Source: Tubulanus polymorphus (taxonomy: Eukaryota > Animalia > Nemertea). Taken from it: 64,000 bases of DNA. The notes beneath the pieces are model-generated. The model was not told the DNA's origin and did not search any database. It worked only from the letters and a program-made list of their open reading frames with translations. Shown in pieces: positions 26,264 through 40,400 of the stretch; position 1 is the stretch's first letter, and each line of letters begins with the position of its first letter. Location: assembly GCF_964204645.1 (NCBI RefSeq), contig NC_134026.1:7153950-7217949 (forward strand). Reading direction: 5' to 3'. The translations under genes and the position numbers were made by a program.

Positions 26264-29200
26264 GCCACAACACCGATATAGCGTTTTATCAATGGCAACC
26301 CACGAAGTAATTAATACCTATCCTCGATCGCGTTTACTGATATCTCCAATAAGTGGTTATAAATCCGTGGAATTTCCATAGCCCGTATCAAATGATCTAA
26401 ATATATAAATATATGACCATGATGCAAAAACCGAGAGAGACACTAGAATCTTACTGCCGGCCACATTGTCTAGAATAAATAGATACATGAAACAATCCGA
26501 AAATAACCATAACACCAATCAATATTTGAACATGGAGATACATTTTCATCTCATTATTGATGGTTAAACTCCTCGATTGCTGCATTTTTATCACCAAACA
26601 AGCCTTTAATTCTCGATCCCTATAAAACCTACTAATATTAAACGTGATTATTTGATTACCATATAAGAGCATCTGTTGGTCGATATATCCCCGAGCAGCA
26701 CCAGGGGACAATGGTTAAAGGGTAAACTATAAGTATCGTTTATTGGTGCAATTATTCTGCAATTAATCGCAGAATTACTGATAATAACGTGAACTAATAT
26801 CATCATCGCAGACAAAGTTCTGGTAGATACGTCCTACTGGGTGACACCTTGCTCTATCCGAATTCATCCTCATTTCTACAAAGATAACCCCCCTGGGCAG
26901 CTTCCATAGTAGAGACAAAAAAGTTTTGTTTTATCATAAGACTGGTATTAAGTTGTTAGTTTGGCTATGGAACCAAGTTAGACTGAAATCTCAGCTACGA
27001 CTATGGAAACGGTCCTTGGCGCCCGTCAACCAAAAAGAAAACACATGGTTTTTAACGTGTTTATGCAATTTAGATAATGTTGCAATATTACCAAAAGATT
27101 AAACAAATTACAAAATTATGTTATCGCAGATGTAACTATTACTCTCAAAACAAAGGGCTCGAATCCCCATCCTCACGATCTCTATTGCTGACCTTTCGTT
27201 TATCAGTTTCAAGAACCAAAACCATCGACAATAACAGGTTATACATGTCGACTGTTGAGAGTTTATTTCTGTAAAATTGATCATTTATTATTATTTATTA
27301 CATATTATAACTGCGAATAATGAAGAGCTTGATATGGACACGTAGTTTTGAAAACTGTCGGTAGTCCTTTGAGTTATTTCCGTTTGACCTGTCCGCAGTG
27401 GTGTTTCTATTTCCTCTCTCGGCTCATGTTACAAGCTAATGCAGCTCCCAGGTATTACCGTTTCCATCAACCAATACCCGGCTCAAAACGGCTCTGAACT
27501 TACCACTTCAACTTGATCTAATAGAAATGGGCTTCCGAATAAAAGGCATAATATACCAACAACTAAATATACGTGCATATATACGGTATCTAAAATGTCT
27601 CGACTCATTTGAGGTTCTAAATGCGATTCTAATAATGCAAGAAACCCCTCGTAGCTAAGAGACATCAATCGAATGGACTGCTCATAAAGTCACCGCCATC
27701 TCTGATTTATCACGGCAGATGAAATAAATCCTTACGATTGTTTTTTCAATGCGCCTGGAATCTGAAGCTCAATTTCATGTAGATTGATACGAGGACAATA
27801 ATGGATAAGATCCTGCGCGAAATAGATTGAAATGATAATCAAATCATAAACCATTTGATTCGACTCAGTATTTTCTTTGATACACGGCGAAATCCCAAGA
27901 ATGAAAAGCGCGCTTTCCAGAAGGGTAATTTATTCAATCAGGGTATTTGGTGTTTTTGTTGATAGTAAATCCCCTAGGGGCCGCTTTTAGTCATTTCGCT
28001 TTGCTACGTTTTAAAAGCAAAAAATACTTATGTAACTTTTTTTTCATATATGTACGTAATAGTGATTCGACTGTATTTTTGTGTTGTACTTTTTAGTAAA
28101 GAAATAAATCGAAAATGATGAAAATAAAACCTTCTCCGATTGGTTTTCATTATGTGAACATAAATAAGAACTTCAGAGATTCTGAGAAATGAAACCTTGT
28201 TGTCTGTTTTCGTTATTTGAGAAATGATAGAAAAAAAGGGACAGAAATGATAGATTTAAAACTTCTGACAAAAAAAGAAACTTATATCTGGTCCTTCAAA
28301 GACTGAAAAAACAGATCACGCTCGCAAAGCAACAAAAAAAATGTTTTTAGATGTCAAAAATATAAGCCATTTCAAAATCCTAAGACTCTCTTGCGCCAAA
28401 CGTTCTAAGGTTTCTCAATCAGTATAACTTGTTGCGGTGCCGAGTTTGACATCCGGGCTGGAAAAATATAAACGTATACAAGAAGTCTTTTAATCTCTAT
28501 TCATCGTACTAATGGTTACAAAATATTGTGGTTACAAATATCATATGTTCGATAATTGAAAATGAATTTATGGGCAGAAGATTTCAGTAGAGTCTGAATC
28601 CTTAGGCGTACGGGACTGTTTCAATGGCACATATACGCGCAATGTTTATCTTGGTGAGAATTTAGACCATCTCAGTAAAAAATGAAAGGGCATGTTGACT
28701 TTCCGGATAAAGCAAAACACAAATGAATGCACTGTGTTTTAGCTCTAGTCTGCGTCAGTGTCCCTCAGGGATACGTGTGTGTATTATTTAAGAAGATTTG
28801 CCGCTAACCCGGTCATCATTAGTTTCACTTGTGAGTGAAAATGCCAGAAAAAGTCATCACTTCTTTCGCTCTCGTGGGGATATCCGCAGTCCACGCGCAT
28901 GCGCCGTACGTCGATTCGCCGTACAGATTTAAGTCTGAAATATGAAAAGCGCGAGAGATAGACTGACACCTCGTATATACGACTTAGCAACCTTTCAAAA
29001 TGCGATGAGACACTAATTGCGACGCATCAGTCGCCAGATTTTACAGGTCCTGGCAGAAAGCGTGATGTCCATACACAGAACTTCGTTTATTCAATATCCA
29101 TCAAATACAGTAAATAAAACTACGCCTTGTTATCCACCAGTCAATGATAATCATGCCCCCTTCCCCCTCCCCACCTGTCAGACATAGTCACGTATTCGAC

Positions 29201-29358
29201 GTCAAATTCATGACGAAAACACATTTCAAACAACAACGAATTCCTGTCGACCATACTTATCAATGTCGATTTTCTGTCGAATAATACATTTCCGTCAATC
29301 TTATTCAATGAAATTACAAATTGATGATTTATTTATTCATATAGGGCATTATATATAT

Positions 29359-29541
29359 CACCGAGTTGAGAATCAGGGAATTCGGCAGTGTTGGGACTGC
29401 TGTAAACTTTTCACCGAGTTGAAAATCAGGGAACTCGGTAGCGATGGGAAAGCTGTAAATATCACCGAATTGAGAATCTGGGAAACGGGAAGCATCGGGA
29501 ATGCTGAAAATATTTCCCCGAGTTGAGAATCAGAAAACGGG
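29359..29541. repeat. 51-54-bp tandem repeat, ~3.5 diverged copies
   Basis: Units start C(A)CCGA[G/A]TTGA[G/A]AATC at 29359, 29412, 29463 and 29517. Confidence 0.8.
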
Positions 29542-31469
29542 ATAAGGTTTCCTAGATAAAAGGTTTTCCTTCACATCGTGGTACCGAGTAAGCAGTGTGA
29601 GTCTACTGGAAGTGTATACGTTTACATTTTATGTAGAAGACATCCTCCAAACAATAGATTTTTATTTTGAGCAGATTATCACGGAATCCCGGAAGCGGTA
29701 CACGGCGGAATCAGTGTGTTATTGATTCACATCCAAATGTCTTCTCCGTCACACCGAAACAAGGTCAATAATATTCAATTCGCCTTGTATTTGTTGCATG
29801 TGTTTTTCAAACGATTCGTCAAAATGGGCAAAATCTATATCTATAATACAAACAAACGAGGGACGGGGGAACGCGGCGATCGTGAGGATATAGAGAGCGC
29901 ATTTCGCCGTAAAACATAAAATCACCAGAACACATAATATTGCAGTGTAGATCATTAACGTTACGTGTAGAACAAGCTCGGTTACACCAAGCAGCCCGCA
30001 GCGGCTTCACATTTCTACATTACTGAAATAATTGATAATTCCCCGGACAGATTACCGCCTCCTACAGTCATTGACACGTGATAATCAAAGTCTGTTCACT
30101 TCCTGCGGGCTGGCGCATTGATAACATAGAATTACTACGAGGCATACTACTTATAGAGGCCGGCTTAGGACCCCGTAAATAAATAAGAAAAAAGATGAAT
30201 AAACCCATTCGCAACGATGTTCGAGCGAGCGACGAATAAAAATTCACATTCCCTTTCTTCGGCAAATGGCTATCTATGAAATGTCATTATCGACTGGTAA
30301 GACCTCCTGGCTTCAGTGTCTCGCTGAGAAACCTTTAAACAGCTCAAAGCCGAGGTGGATGTTTCTATTTCGGTTTTTTTTTTGTCTCGTAAGCTTCTAA
30401 CTGATCAGTCAATATAAGACAGTCAGTCCTCTACATTCGTCTTATCAGCTCCGAAAGTTCGTTGCTATTAACATGATTCAATTTGTCTGGTAAATCAGGG
30501 CGCGATTCCATATTCCTCGGGATCTTAACTTGTTAAATTGGCTTCAGAACTAAGAGGGTCTTTGGCTGGTCCTAAGTCTCTGCCTCATCAGACTGGGCTT
30601 CATTAGAACCAGAATGCATTTAATAGACTGGTCTTAATTTTTAGATTGGTTATAGAACCAAAATGAGCTTAGACGGGTCCGAGAACCAAAATTTTAGACT
30701 GATCTTAAGTAATGTTAGATCAGCCGTAGAACTAAGACGGTCTAAGACTGGTCTTAGATCTAAGCGATGACAGTGCAGATGGTCTCTGGTGATGCCGCAT
30801 TCACTCCTAAGGAACTGGCCCCAGGATCTGAATTGATGGCTATGAAGCTAAGGTATATTTTTGATAGAGCATCTCATTGTTTTTTGCCTGGAAAGCTATC
30901 ATCAGAAAAAGTTTGAAAACTAAGTCGGTGAGATAGCGGGAAGTGGCGGGCAAAAGGGCACCCAGTGGCAGTCACAAATCAAGACTGGTTTGCATAGAAT
31001 AGTTGGTCTGAAACCTTGAACCGGCCCTGCATGGGCGGGGTACTAATTGGGCAGAGGGGTGCCCAGATATAATGGAGTTTTCCCAGAATTTTTTTATATT
31101 CAATGACTGAAATGCATGATAATTTGTGCTGCAGGACTCGGGCATTCATAATTTTCTGCTGCAGCAGGACGACGACGTATATGAGGCTCATTCGCCACTG
31201 AACTTGGGAGATTTGAGCGTGGTTTAAGTTCATCATTGAATATGCTTGCCTCAACAGACAACGGAGGGTCGAGACCCCGTAATCCTCCTTTATTACTTAT
31301 TTGACGCCAGTATAGAAACAGTCGCCCGGACATTCACCGCATTCACCCAAATCACCTAGGAAAATAATGCACCGGGAGTCCCATATTCGATAGCGATCCC
31401 GCCGACAATCGAAAGTCCGCATCCGGCTAGTTTACTTAGTCCTACATCCGACGATTAGCACTTTGTAAA

Positions 31470-34400
31470 ATGGAAGCCAGTAGCGGAGGAGATGCTGCCG
31501 GGGAAATTTGCAACGCGATTAACAGTTCCACGAGTTCTACCGATGGGTTGTCAGACTTCGGCAACATCGACAAATCATCCACCGATACGTACCCTAGCGA
31601 GCCGAGTAGCCATGATAGTTTCGAAGTGGTCCCCGAAGCTCCGAACGGCGCCGAAGTCGCATTCCCCGAACCCGGAAGTAAAAAACATCCTCTGGATGAT
31701 GACATTGACAGCGCTGATACGGCGGCGAGCGCGGCCACATTGACCGGTGACAGCACTGGTAAAAACCCACCGAAATTACCACCAGATTCCGAACATCGAT
31801 TGTGCGGATATCTGTCGAAATTAACGGAGAAAAGTTTGATAAAATCGTTTAAAACTCGTTGGTTCGTTTACGGGGATAATAATTGTAAACTGTATTATTA
31901 CCGAGCTGCGACAGATCCCCTACCGATCGGTGAGATCGATATTTCATCGGCTACTTTTACTTTTGATGCTTCTAACAAAGATAAACCCGGACTCTTTCAA
32001 ATATGGTGAGTCTCTCTAAGTCTAAGGGAGTGTGTCAGTCGACCCAATAATGCCTATGTTGTAGCCCCACCGAGTTCCACATGTCAGTTTAAGTTTTGAT
32101 CTCTAAGAGATGACATGAAGAACCGCCTGAATACCAGCTGATTTTGCAGGTTATCTCTAGAACTATGGGTTTAGAACTGTTTTGTTTAGTGAGTAATTGT
32201 CGGAGTGTTTTGCATTGAGCCCTGACTATTGAAGAGTACTTCGATATTTGTAGTTTAATGTCTCCATTTTAAGTCCTTATTGAATCGTTCAGAGTTTTAG
32301 AGTCTTTATCTTAAGTTTAGATTAGATTGAAAGCGATTGATTAATTAACACTGAATCCAATTTTGTGTGATTCGGTAAAACTAAAACTTGTTGAATTCAA
32401 TCATCGAATTACCTTCGATTTGTTTTTGCAAAAATTGAAATTAAATTGGAATTAGTAAACTCTTCGTCAAATTTAACGCAATTCTGTGAAACTAAAACTC
32501 AACGCTTGATCGTAGAAAATAATTATTATTATTGTTATAATCATTGAAATACTGTTAACTTTTTTGTAGCAACAAAAGTCGAATGAATTATTTAGACGCT
32601 CAAGATCGACAGACAATGATGTACTGGTTACAGGAATTACAGAAACGAAGACGTTATTATAGCCATCGCCTGACAGCGAAATCTGAACGAAATACTAAAG
32701 ATAAAGCTTTCAAAGTAAGTGAACGATCAACGGACTTCTTGTCTGCAAGAATGGAGAGGAAAAATCGCAATAATCTGCCTTAAAACATCTGTAGTATTCA
32801 TGGAGACTATATGAGGATATTTAAACACTGAATATTAACTCGACTCATGGAAACATTTATAACTCTCTTATATCTTGTAAGGCGCAGTGGCCGAGTGGTT
32901 TAAGTGGCTGGTCACTGGTCTCGTCAACCCACGGTTTATGGGTTCAAACCTTGGTGGCGACAGAGTTTCTTGGTGGAAGGTTCTTCTCTGGCCTCTCCCC
33001 ATTGGGAAAAACATCGAACCTGCTTATAATGCCCTGCGTGGCGCTTAGCGAGTTGAGGTTTTAAAAAAAAACTCATCTCTTAATGTGGTATTTCATATAG
33101 GTGTTGATTAGTGGCTTCATTCAAAACAATTCTGGAGCCTTTTTTGACCCTTTCCTCGTATACAGACTGCCTGTAATATATAAAAGATATTCTATGATTT
33201 CTGCTGCGTTTTTAGATCCCGGTCAGCGGGCTGATCGGCGATGAGAAGAAAGAATCGTTATTTTCGTCGGAGCCCGAAGAGGACGAATTACCGAATATAA
33301 TCATACCGGTGACGGAGGAGACCGTAGCGACGAAATCACACCAGCGTCAGTCGTCGGCGTTCACGTGGAACAATTGGAAATCTGATTTAAGAAGTACATT
33401 CGCGATGATGAGAGGAGAAAGGAAATCTGTGTTACAAACAGCTGTAGGAACAGGTGAAATTCCGAACATACCTTACTGCCCGACTACTGAAAGGTTCTAA
33501 CTGAAGTTTGTTTATGAGCCATCAGGGTTCGTACAGATCAGGGAAAAGTCTGGGAATTTGAATTGTTCGCATCTTCAACCCCACCACTGAGGATATCTTA
33601 TGATTTAAATGGGGGAATTTTTGGTCAGTAAAAAATTTAGGTTCTATCCGGGCATTTTGGATTTGCAAGTTGATTGCACCCTGATCACTGATCCCATCTA
33701 TTCAGAGGCATGTTTTAAGGGTGTATGGTGCCTTCTTTTTCTCGAAGCTGGTGTTTTTTCTGAAAAGGCAGGAAATAATTCATGTAGTATCATCAACTTC
33801 ACCAGTTGCCGATGTCGTCGTTTCATCACAACAAAAAATCTGCCCCAGATATGCAGATATAGGAGAACAAATTTTGATACAAATTTTGTGATATTTTCAG
33901 ATATAACGGAAGGTTGTGAGATCGCATCATCGGCAACAATGTCGAATCAGAAACCTATGAATAGACAACAACAACAGCAGCAGCTGAGACAAAGACAATC
34001 TGCATTCTACGCAGTTTTACCTGAAGAGAATGAAACTACAGCTACATCAACAGTGAAAGGAGGGGATGCTGCTGGTTCTCGTTCTCGTTCTGGTTCTGGT
34101 TCAGCTGGTGCTTCTAATCGGGATTCGAGATTTGGTTTAGCCTCACTCAGACGTAAGTTTGTCAGCAGAACAAAGTCAACCGATGAAGAGGTCGTGATGC
34201 CAGCAAATTTGAACGATGTCATGTGTGCTAAATGTAAACAGGTCAGTGACAACGAAATCCCTGACAAACATGACTGAACTGAACAGTCCATGGTCCCCAA
34301 AGTACCGAGAGGAATCTTATGGCATAATATTTTCCAGTTGGGATATATTTGGAAATTCGATCAATTTTCCTCTAAATATTGGGGAAATTCATTTTGCACT

Positions 34401-37400
34401 ACATGTAGTATTTGCTGAGGGCAACTTTCTTGAGACATTTTTCGAAAATCACCTCAATCTATCAGTCACCACTAAAATGTTGACATCCTTGTAGTATGAT
34501 TGTATCGGTTCACTTTCATGAAGGCCCCATTTTTGGAAAATTGAAAAATCACCTATATTATACTCGGATTTCAGCTTCAGGTTTACGTGAATTCGTTAAA
34601 AGATGATTTACAGTCGGTCGAAGATGATTTGGTCGCTCATAAAGACCTCGTAATCGTACAGCAAAAACAGATTGATCTCTTAAATCGGGAAAAGTTAACT
34701 CAGTAAGAATTTACTCCTCAACTCACTGTGCTTCAACATCTTCCATACTCGAATCAGCTTTCATATCAAATTTGCTCATTTGAACTGCAAAGCATTGTTA
34801 AACTGATGCTCAATTAGTGTCCCTTACAAACCCACGACACCTGCCAGGAGCGAAACAGGGGATTTGATTTTGAAATCGGAAATTTTGAAATCATAAGTTG
34901 GATATGTGCACGATCAGACCCCAGTTTTACGGCTCACGGTTAAATTTGACTACAGTTGAAATTACATTCTTCTCCATTACTTTATCTCCATCTCCATCCA
35001 ATCTAGTCTAATTTTAACTGATAACTGTGGAACTTGATCCTGATAGGTACCGCAATAAATCTGCAGTTTTAATCATCAGTCTTTCATCTTTCCCCTGTTT
35101 AATTTAATGCAACTTTTGAAATTAGCAAGCGGTGTGGCCAAGTGGTTAGAACTTTCGACTCTGGGAAGCCAGGTCGAAGGTTCGATCCTGGTACATTATT
35201 ATCATTATTGTTATTATTACTGTGACACTTATCTTCATTGCCTCTCTTCGCCCAGGAGTAAATGGGTACCTGGCCTGATAGATGACTCCTGAGTGCTCAG
35301 TAGTTGCTCAGATGTTACTTCTCCCCAGGGAAAGATGACTGATAAATGGTTAGTTAATAGGCTGGGGGTAATAATACTGGAAAGTTAAGTGCTCTGAGCG
35401 GCTTCACTGGATTTTGCGCTATATGAGACACATCATTTTCATTATTATTATTAGAATCATTCTAAAATGAATTGATTTAATTGACGGAATAAGTGCGTAA
35501 CATCGAAATCTTTCTTTTATTCCGCTAGGAAAACGTTTATTGATAAAATGCAGCAAAGCGAACAAGATACAGTAGAATTACTGAAAACCAGAGATTGCAA
35601 TATCGTGAATTTAGAACATTTACTCGCGAGTTCACAGGAAGAAATTGAACTTCTTCGATATCAAATACGGTAAGAAAGCTGATACAATTCTGAACGCGTT
35701 TCTACAGTTCGATTAGTTCAAACATCTGAAACGTACTGATTTAACCCCTCAGAATCAAACTGCGGAACTGAGTCCTGGATACGCGTCGCTTCAATTATAT
35801 ACTTAATATGTGTCTAAAACTATTGAAAATCTTTTACGTTGACATTTCGGATAGAGTGCTGCTACTTTTATTCAGAGATTTATTTGAAATGAATTACAGT
35901 AATCATTACAAATGAATCCATGAAGAAGAGTTCTACCCAAAACATCAGTGTAACAGATTTTCATTGTTAAATCCTAAAATATTGTGGTCGGTTCTTCAGT
36001 ATCCACTACCCGGTACATAGACTGTGACTTTTCTGAATTGATTTCGACGTCATGTGATAATTAGGATGGAGCTCCCTCTATCATTAAAGTTGTTTCATAT
36101 ACGTGTACTATCAAACTCACTTAAGTCATCATTATGTTGACGACTTACACTTGATAGAAAATTGGAAATACGCTGAACGAAATTTCAGATGACTTCCGTA
36201 ATTTGACGACTTCACTTAAGTTTCTTCAGTATTGTGTTGACAAACGAGTTTGATTGTATTTATGGGTATTTTTTAATCACATTATATGGTTGTAGATATA
36301 TAAAATATAGGCTGGGACTGGCTTGTTATCACGCAGTCTGTCGATGGCATCGTAACCAATGCTTTCGAGTTGAGACCGAGTTTTTGATTTGATACAGATC
36401 AGGATTTCAATCTGATGACCTGTGAATCTGACTGGTTATCAATCTATACTTTAAATCGAAAATATTCGTAGAGTAGCCGTGTTAACCAGGTTTAAAAATA
36501 AGTAATGAGGCGAGTAGTACTGTATACCGATATGTTAACTATTTATTTGACGCACGAGCTTTCGCTTCTAATGAATAGAAGCTTCATCAGGTGAATGAGG
36601 TGACTGACTCATTCACCTGATGAAGCTTCTATTCATTAGAAGCGAAAGCTCGTGCGTCAAATAAATAGTTAACCTATACAGTACTACTCGCCTCATTACT
36701 TATTTTAAATTGAAACTAATTCAAATTTATTCTGTAAATCATCATCTGTAAATCCTGACTGAATTTTGTTGTGTGTTTCAGTCGAACGGAACAAGAATGT
36801 CGTAATCTAAACGAACAAATATCGATGTATCAGGAATCGTTGATAGCCAAAGACGAAGTGGTCATGTCCTTAACGAATCAACTGTTCGCTTTGGAAAACG
36901 AACACCAAAATAACGACGATCAAAACGCGACGAACAAACAAGTTTCAATGAAGAAAAACAACGCGGAAATATTAGAAACAGAGCTCGAAAAACTGCAGGT
37001 TCGTTTTCATGTTAACCCGTCACCTGACCTATCTTCCTTCAGTGGGACCTCGTTACAGCGAACTTCAAGGGACCAGAAAATATGTTCATTATAACCGATA
37101 GTTCGTTATATCTAGTATGAAATTAATCAAATTTTCTCACTTGGGACGAAACTCAATATTTTTTATAGGGTATGAATTGTTGAATCCAATTTCCTTGTAT
37201 CGAGGTTCAACTGTTTTTCTCTAAATGGTTTCACCAACGAATTGTTTCACTGCTTTTATTAGACAAAACATGACAACCTAAATTCAAATACTTATTTCGT
37301 GAAAACCGTAACAGATAGAAACTTGATCCTATGTTGGTTTTGATTTTAAAGAGGTTTATAATGGAAGAGCGGCAGATCGCGATCTATTTTCATAGTTCAA

Positions 37401-40400
37401 GTTGGGATTCAAGAGTTAAAAAGCATTGGAAAGGAACTAATTTAACAGAGAGTTTGGGACCTTGGTTCTGAATGTTCAACTGAAAAATACTTGAGAATTG
37501 AAAAAAGGCGAATAATATCTTATTTTGAAAAAGACTTATCTCATAATTTTCAATATAGTAGCGCTTATAACATTATATTACCTATATTGGTTGTCTAACA
37601 ACCAATACAGACCCCTAAATATCTAAATGGCCAGAAGGTCTATATCGAGAAGTAGATTATGGTAAAATATCCGAATCTTAGGCAGTGAAATAATTGATTA
37701 ATAGTTTATTACTGAACGTATCATTACGATATGTCAAATAGTTGGGTCTAAGTGAAGTGTATGTTTAATGATATTGTGTATTGTCAGGACGAGGTGCAGG
37801 CTTATGAGATTCAGAACAAGTTCTTGAATATTGAGATTATGGAATTGAACCAATTGAGAAGCGACAGTGAAACTAGAGAGTCGTATTTCGAGGGGTAAGA
37901 ATCGAGTTTGCAACGAGCTGTGAATATACTTCGTACATTCGCCGTAAAAATTTCCGACAATTCTGTGATTTCAGGAAGTATGCGGAAATGGAGGCACGTT
38001 ATTACCGGACTCATTCTCGGCACCTTCTGCTTCTAAACCAATTGCACACTCCGCAAAGAGGTAAGAAATTACAAGTCTATTCTTACAGGGTTTTGCAAGT
38101 TTGAGCTTCCCAGGTTTGAGTTTAATATTTTCTAAGAGAAGACAAGTCTTAATAAATAAAGGCCTTAAGCATTAGCTGTGGACGGTTAAATCAGAATAAT
38201 CTCTTAATTTCATTTCAAATTCGGCAATAAAGGCTTTTAAAAATTTAATTTCTATCACTCTCTTGTATACAATAGAATTTCACCGTTGACAATAATCGTG
38301 AGTTGGGGCTTGTTTCAGATATGATACAACATGTCTCACAGGGTTTTTATAGTTATACAATGCCCCCAGTTAGTAGAATATTTTGGTTCGTTATTCAAAT
38401 TGATCTTCAAAAAAATTGGCAGTTTATAGTAGATAGAACCCACAATAAAAAGAAAAAAACTATCTTGTAGCTTAACGTTTCAACTCAATTCTATGAGCCA
38501 TTTTAAAAAACAGTTAATGTTAATGTTGGCAGTTAATGTTTAGACTCCATTCTCAGAGAATTTTCAATAACGAAGACAGTTGATGTTCTGACTCAATTCT
38601 TTGAGCTATTTCAAAAACTTAGAGAGTAGTGACGTTTAGAGACTCAACTCTATGAGCCATATTCAAAACTAAGAGCAAAAGTAATTCCCTCATATAAGCA
38701 CTTATGAGAATTTCAAGACCCTCAGAGAACGCAACTGGGAGAGTAAATTACTCTTGTTTATTTTTTTTCTCATTTCGATTTGAACAAATTGATTGGAATA
38801 TTTCCTGTATTATTAAATGTATGGATTTTTTCCAATGTAAACACACTGCCTGAGTGATATTTTGACCAGCTGTTTGTGGTGTGAGTGCTGTGAGATTAGC
38901 TGTAGTTTATCGTTCGCTGTTGTTGCGATCAGCTGTTCTCACATTGTCGTCTGCGGTGTACATATGAATGATATACACTCGATTACAGTATGAGTGACTG
39001 GTTCTCCTCACTCTATCTGTGTTACTCGCTGTAACTGCAACAGAATTGTGTAATAATCACTGAAATCAGAGAATTATTACGTACATGTCTATTGCAGTGA
39101 AGACAAACTAACTGGGTGGTATATAACTGTTCATCAATGTTTAAGGATTACTGCTTTAATTGTCTATGGATTTCTGTTGTAACAACACTGGGACAGACTT
39201 TAATTGTTAATTGGTTATTAGGGAATGAAAGACCTTGCACACAGGACACCAGTACCGTGTGCATTTCAGCACACGTTTCATGACAATTGTCGTTAGTGTT
39301 TTTCGCACGAAGGTCAGATTTCAGTAAACATTCATTCACAGCGGACTGGCAACACGAGACTAAGTTTAATTTCGAAATATGATATGTCGCGTTATCGGAA
39401 ACGTTTATTTGCCGATAGAACGAAAAACGGAAAAACGCAAATCGAAAAACGCGATCGATTTTAAGCCGGAAGAATGGGCGATAATTGAAGCGGACGAAGA
39501 AACGAAATCACAACCCGAAATCGAAATTATTACAACAAAATGTTTACGAAATCTTAAATACAAAATGGAGGCGTCGAACAATAGTGGTAAAAAGTTCACG
39601 GTCGATCAGCAGGTGAATAACGATATTTTAGACGGATATTTGAAATTCGAGGAAGATTTCGAAAGTAACAAACACGAACATTGCGGAGACGTAGTTAGTC
39701 GTTATATCCATAACCGCGGCCGGATTCGACCGGTTTATACCGTTAGATTACAGCGAAATCTGCCCCTGAAAGAATCGGCCACGACTGCCCTGATCTGGTC
39801 TCGAGATACCGACGACGAATCCCGTCGTAGAATACGAAATGACGATGTGAGTGAAAGTACGTGTGAACTTTCGATAAACCGTCGAAAACCTGAAATACTA
39901 CACGAAAGCGAGGGCAAAATATTGATGCCGGTCGCGAGATTCGTGCGGAAGTTTTTCTCCCTGAAAGTCGACGAAATATCGAGCAGTTTCAGCGATATGC
40001 GACGAGATATCGACGTCAGAGTCGACGAGATACGAGAAACGGCGAGAGGTTTATTGGATTTAAACGAGAAACAGAAGGCAGGATTAGACGAGGGACGATC
40101 CGTGAGGAGGATGTTTATCGATATGGTTACTACAGGTAACAGTGTCTCACTTTCTTAACGAAGACGGATGACTAAATACCTTTGGTAGAATTATGATCAG
40201 TTACTAATTACGACCGTCTCATTCTCAGTGATTTCAACTATTCAGTGAAATTAGTTACTAATGATGATGACTTTCTCATTCTCGATAACTTTGACAATTC
40301 AGTAAAATTATGATTCGTTTCTGATGAAGATCTTCTCATCCTCAATGACTTCAACAATTCAGTGAAATTATGATCAGTTACTAATTACGACCGTCTCATT

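Noticed and set aside
31442-31782. Overlapping minus-strand and alternative-frame ORFs
   Set aside because: Shadows of the GC-richer TBC1D2B exon 1.
32881-32962. Possible tRNA gene
   Set aside because: A and B boxes are present but there is no acceptor or anticodon stem; treated as a SINE head.
33609-33900. First ~97 codons of the 222-aa ORF
   Set aside because: Intronic and repeat-like; the exon starts at the TTTTCAG acceptor at 33900.
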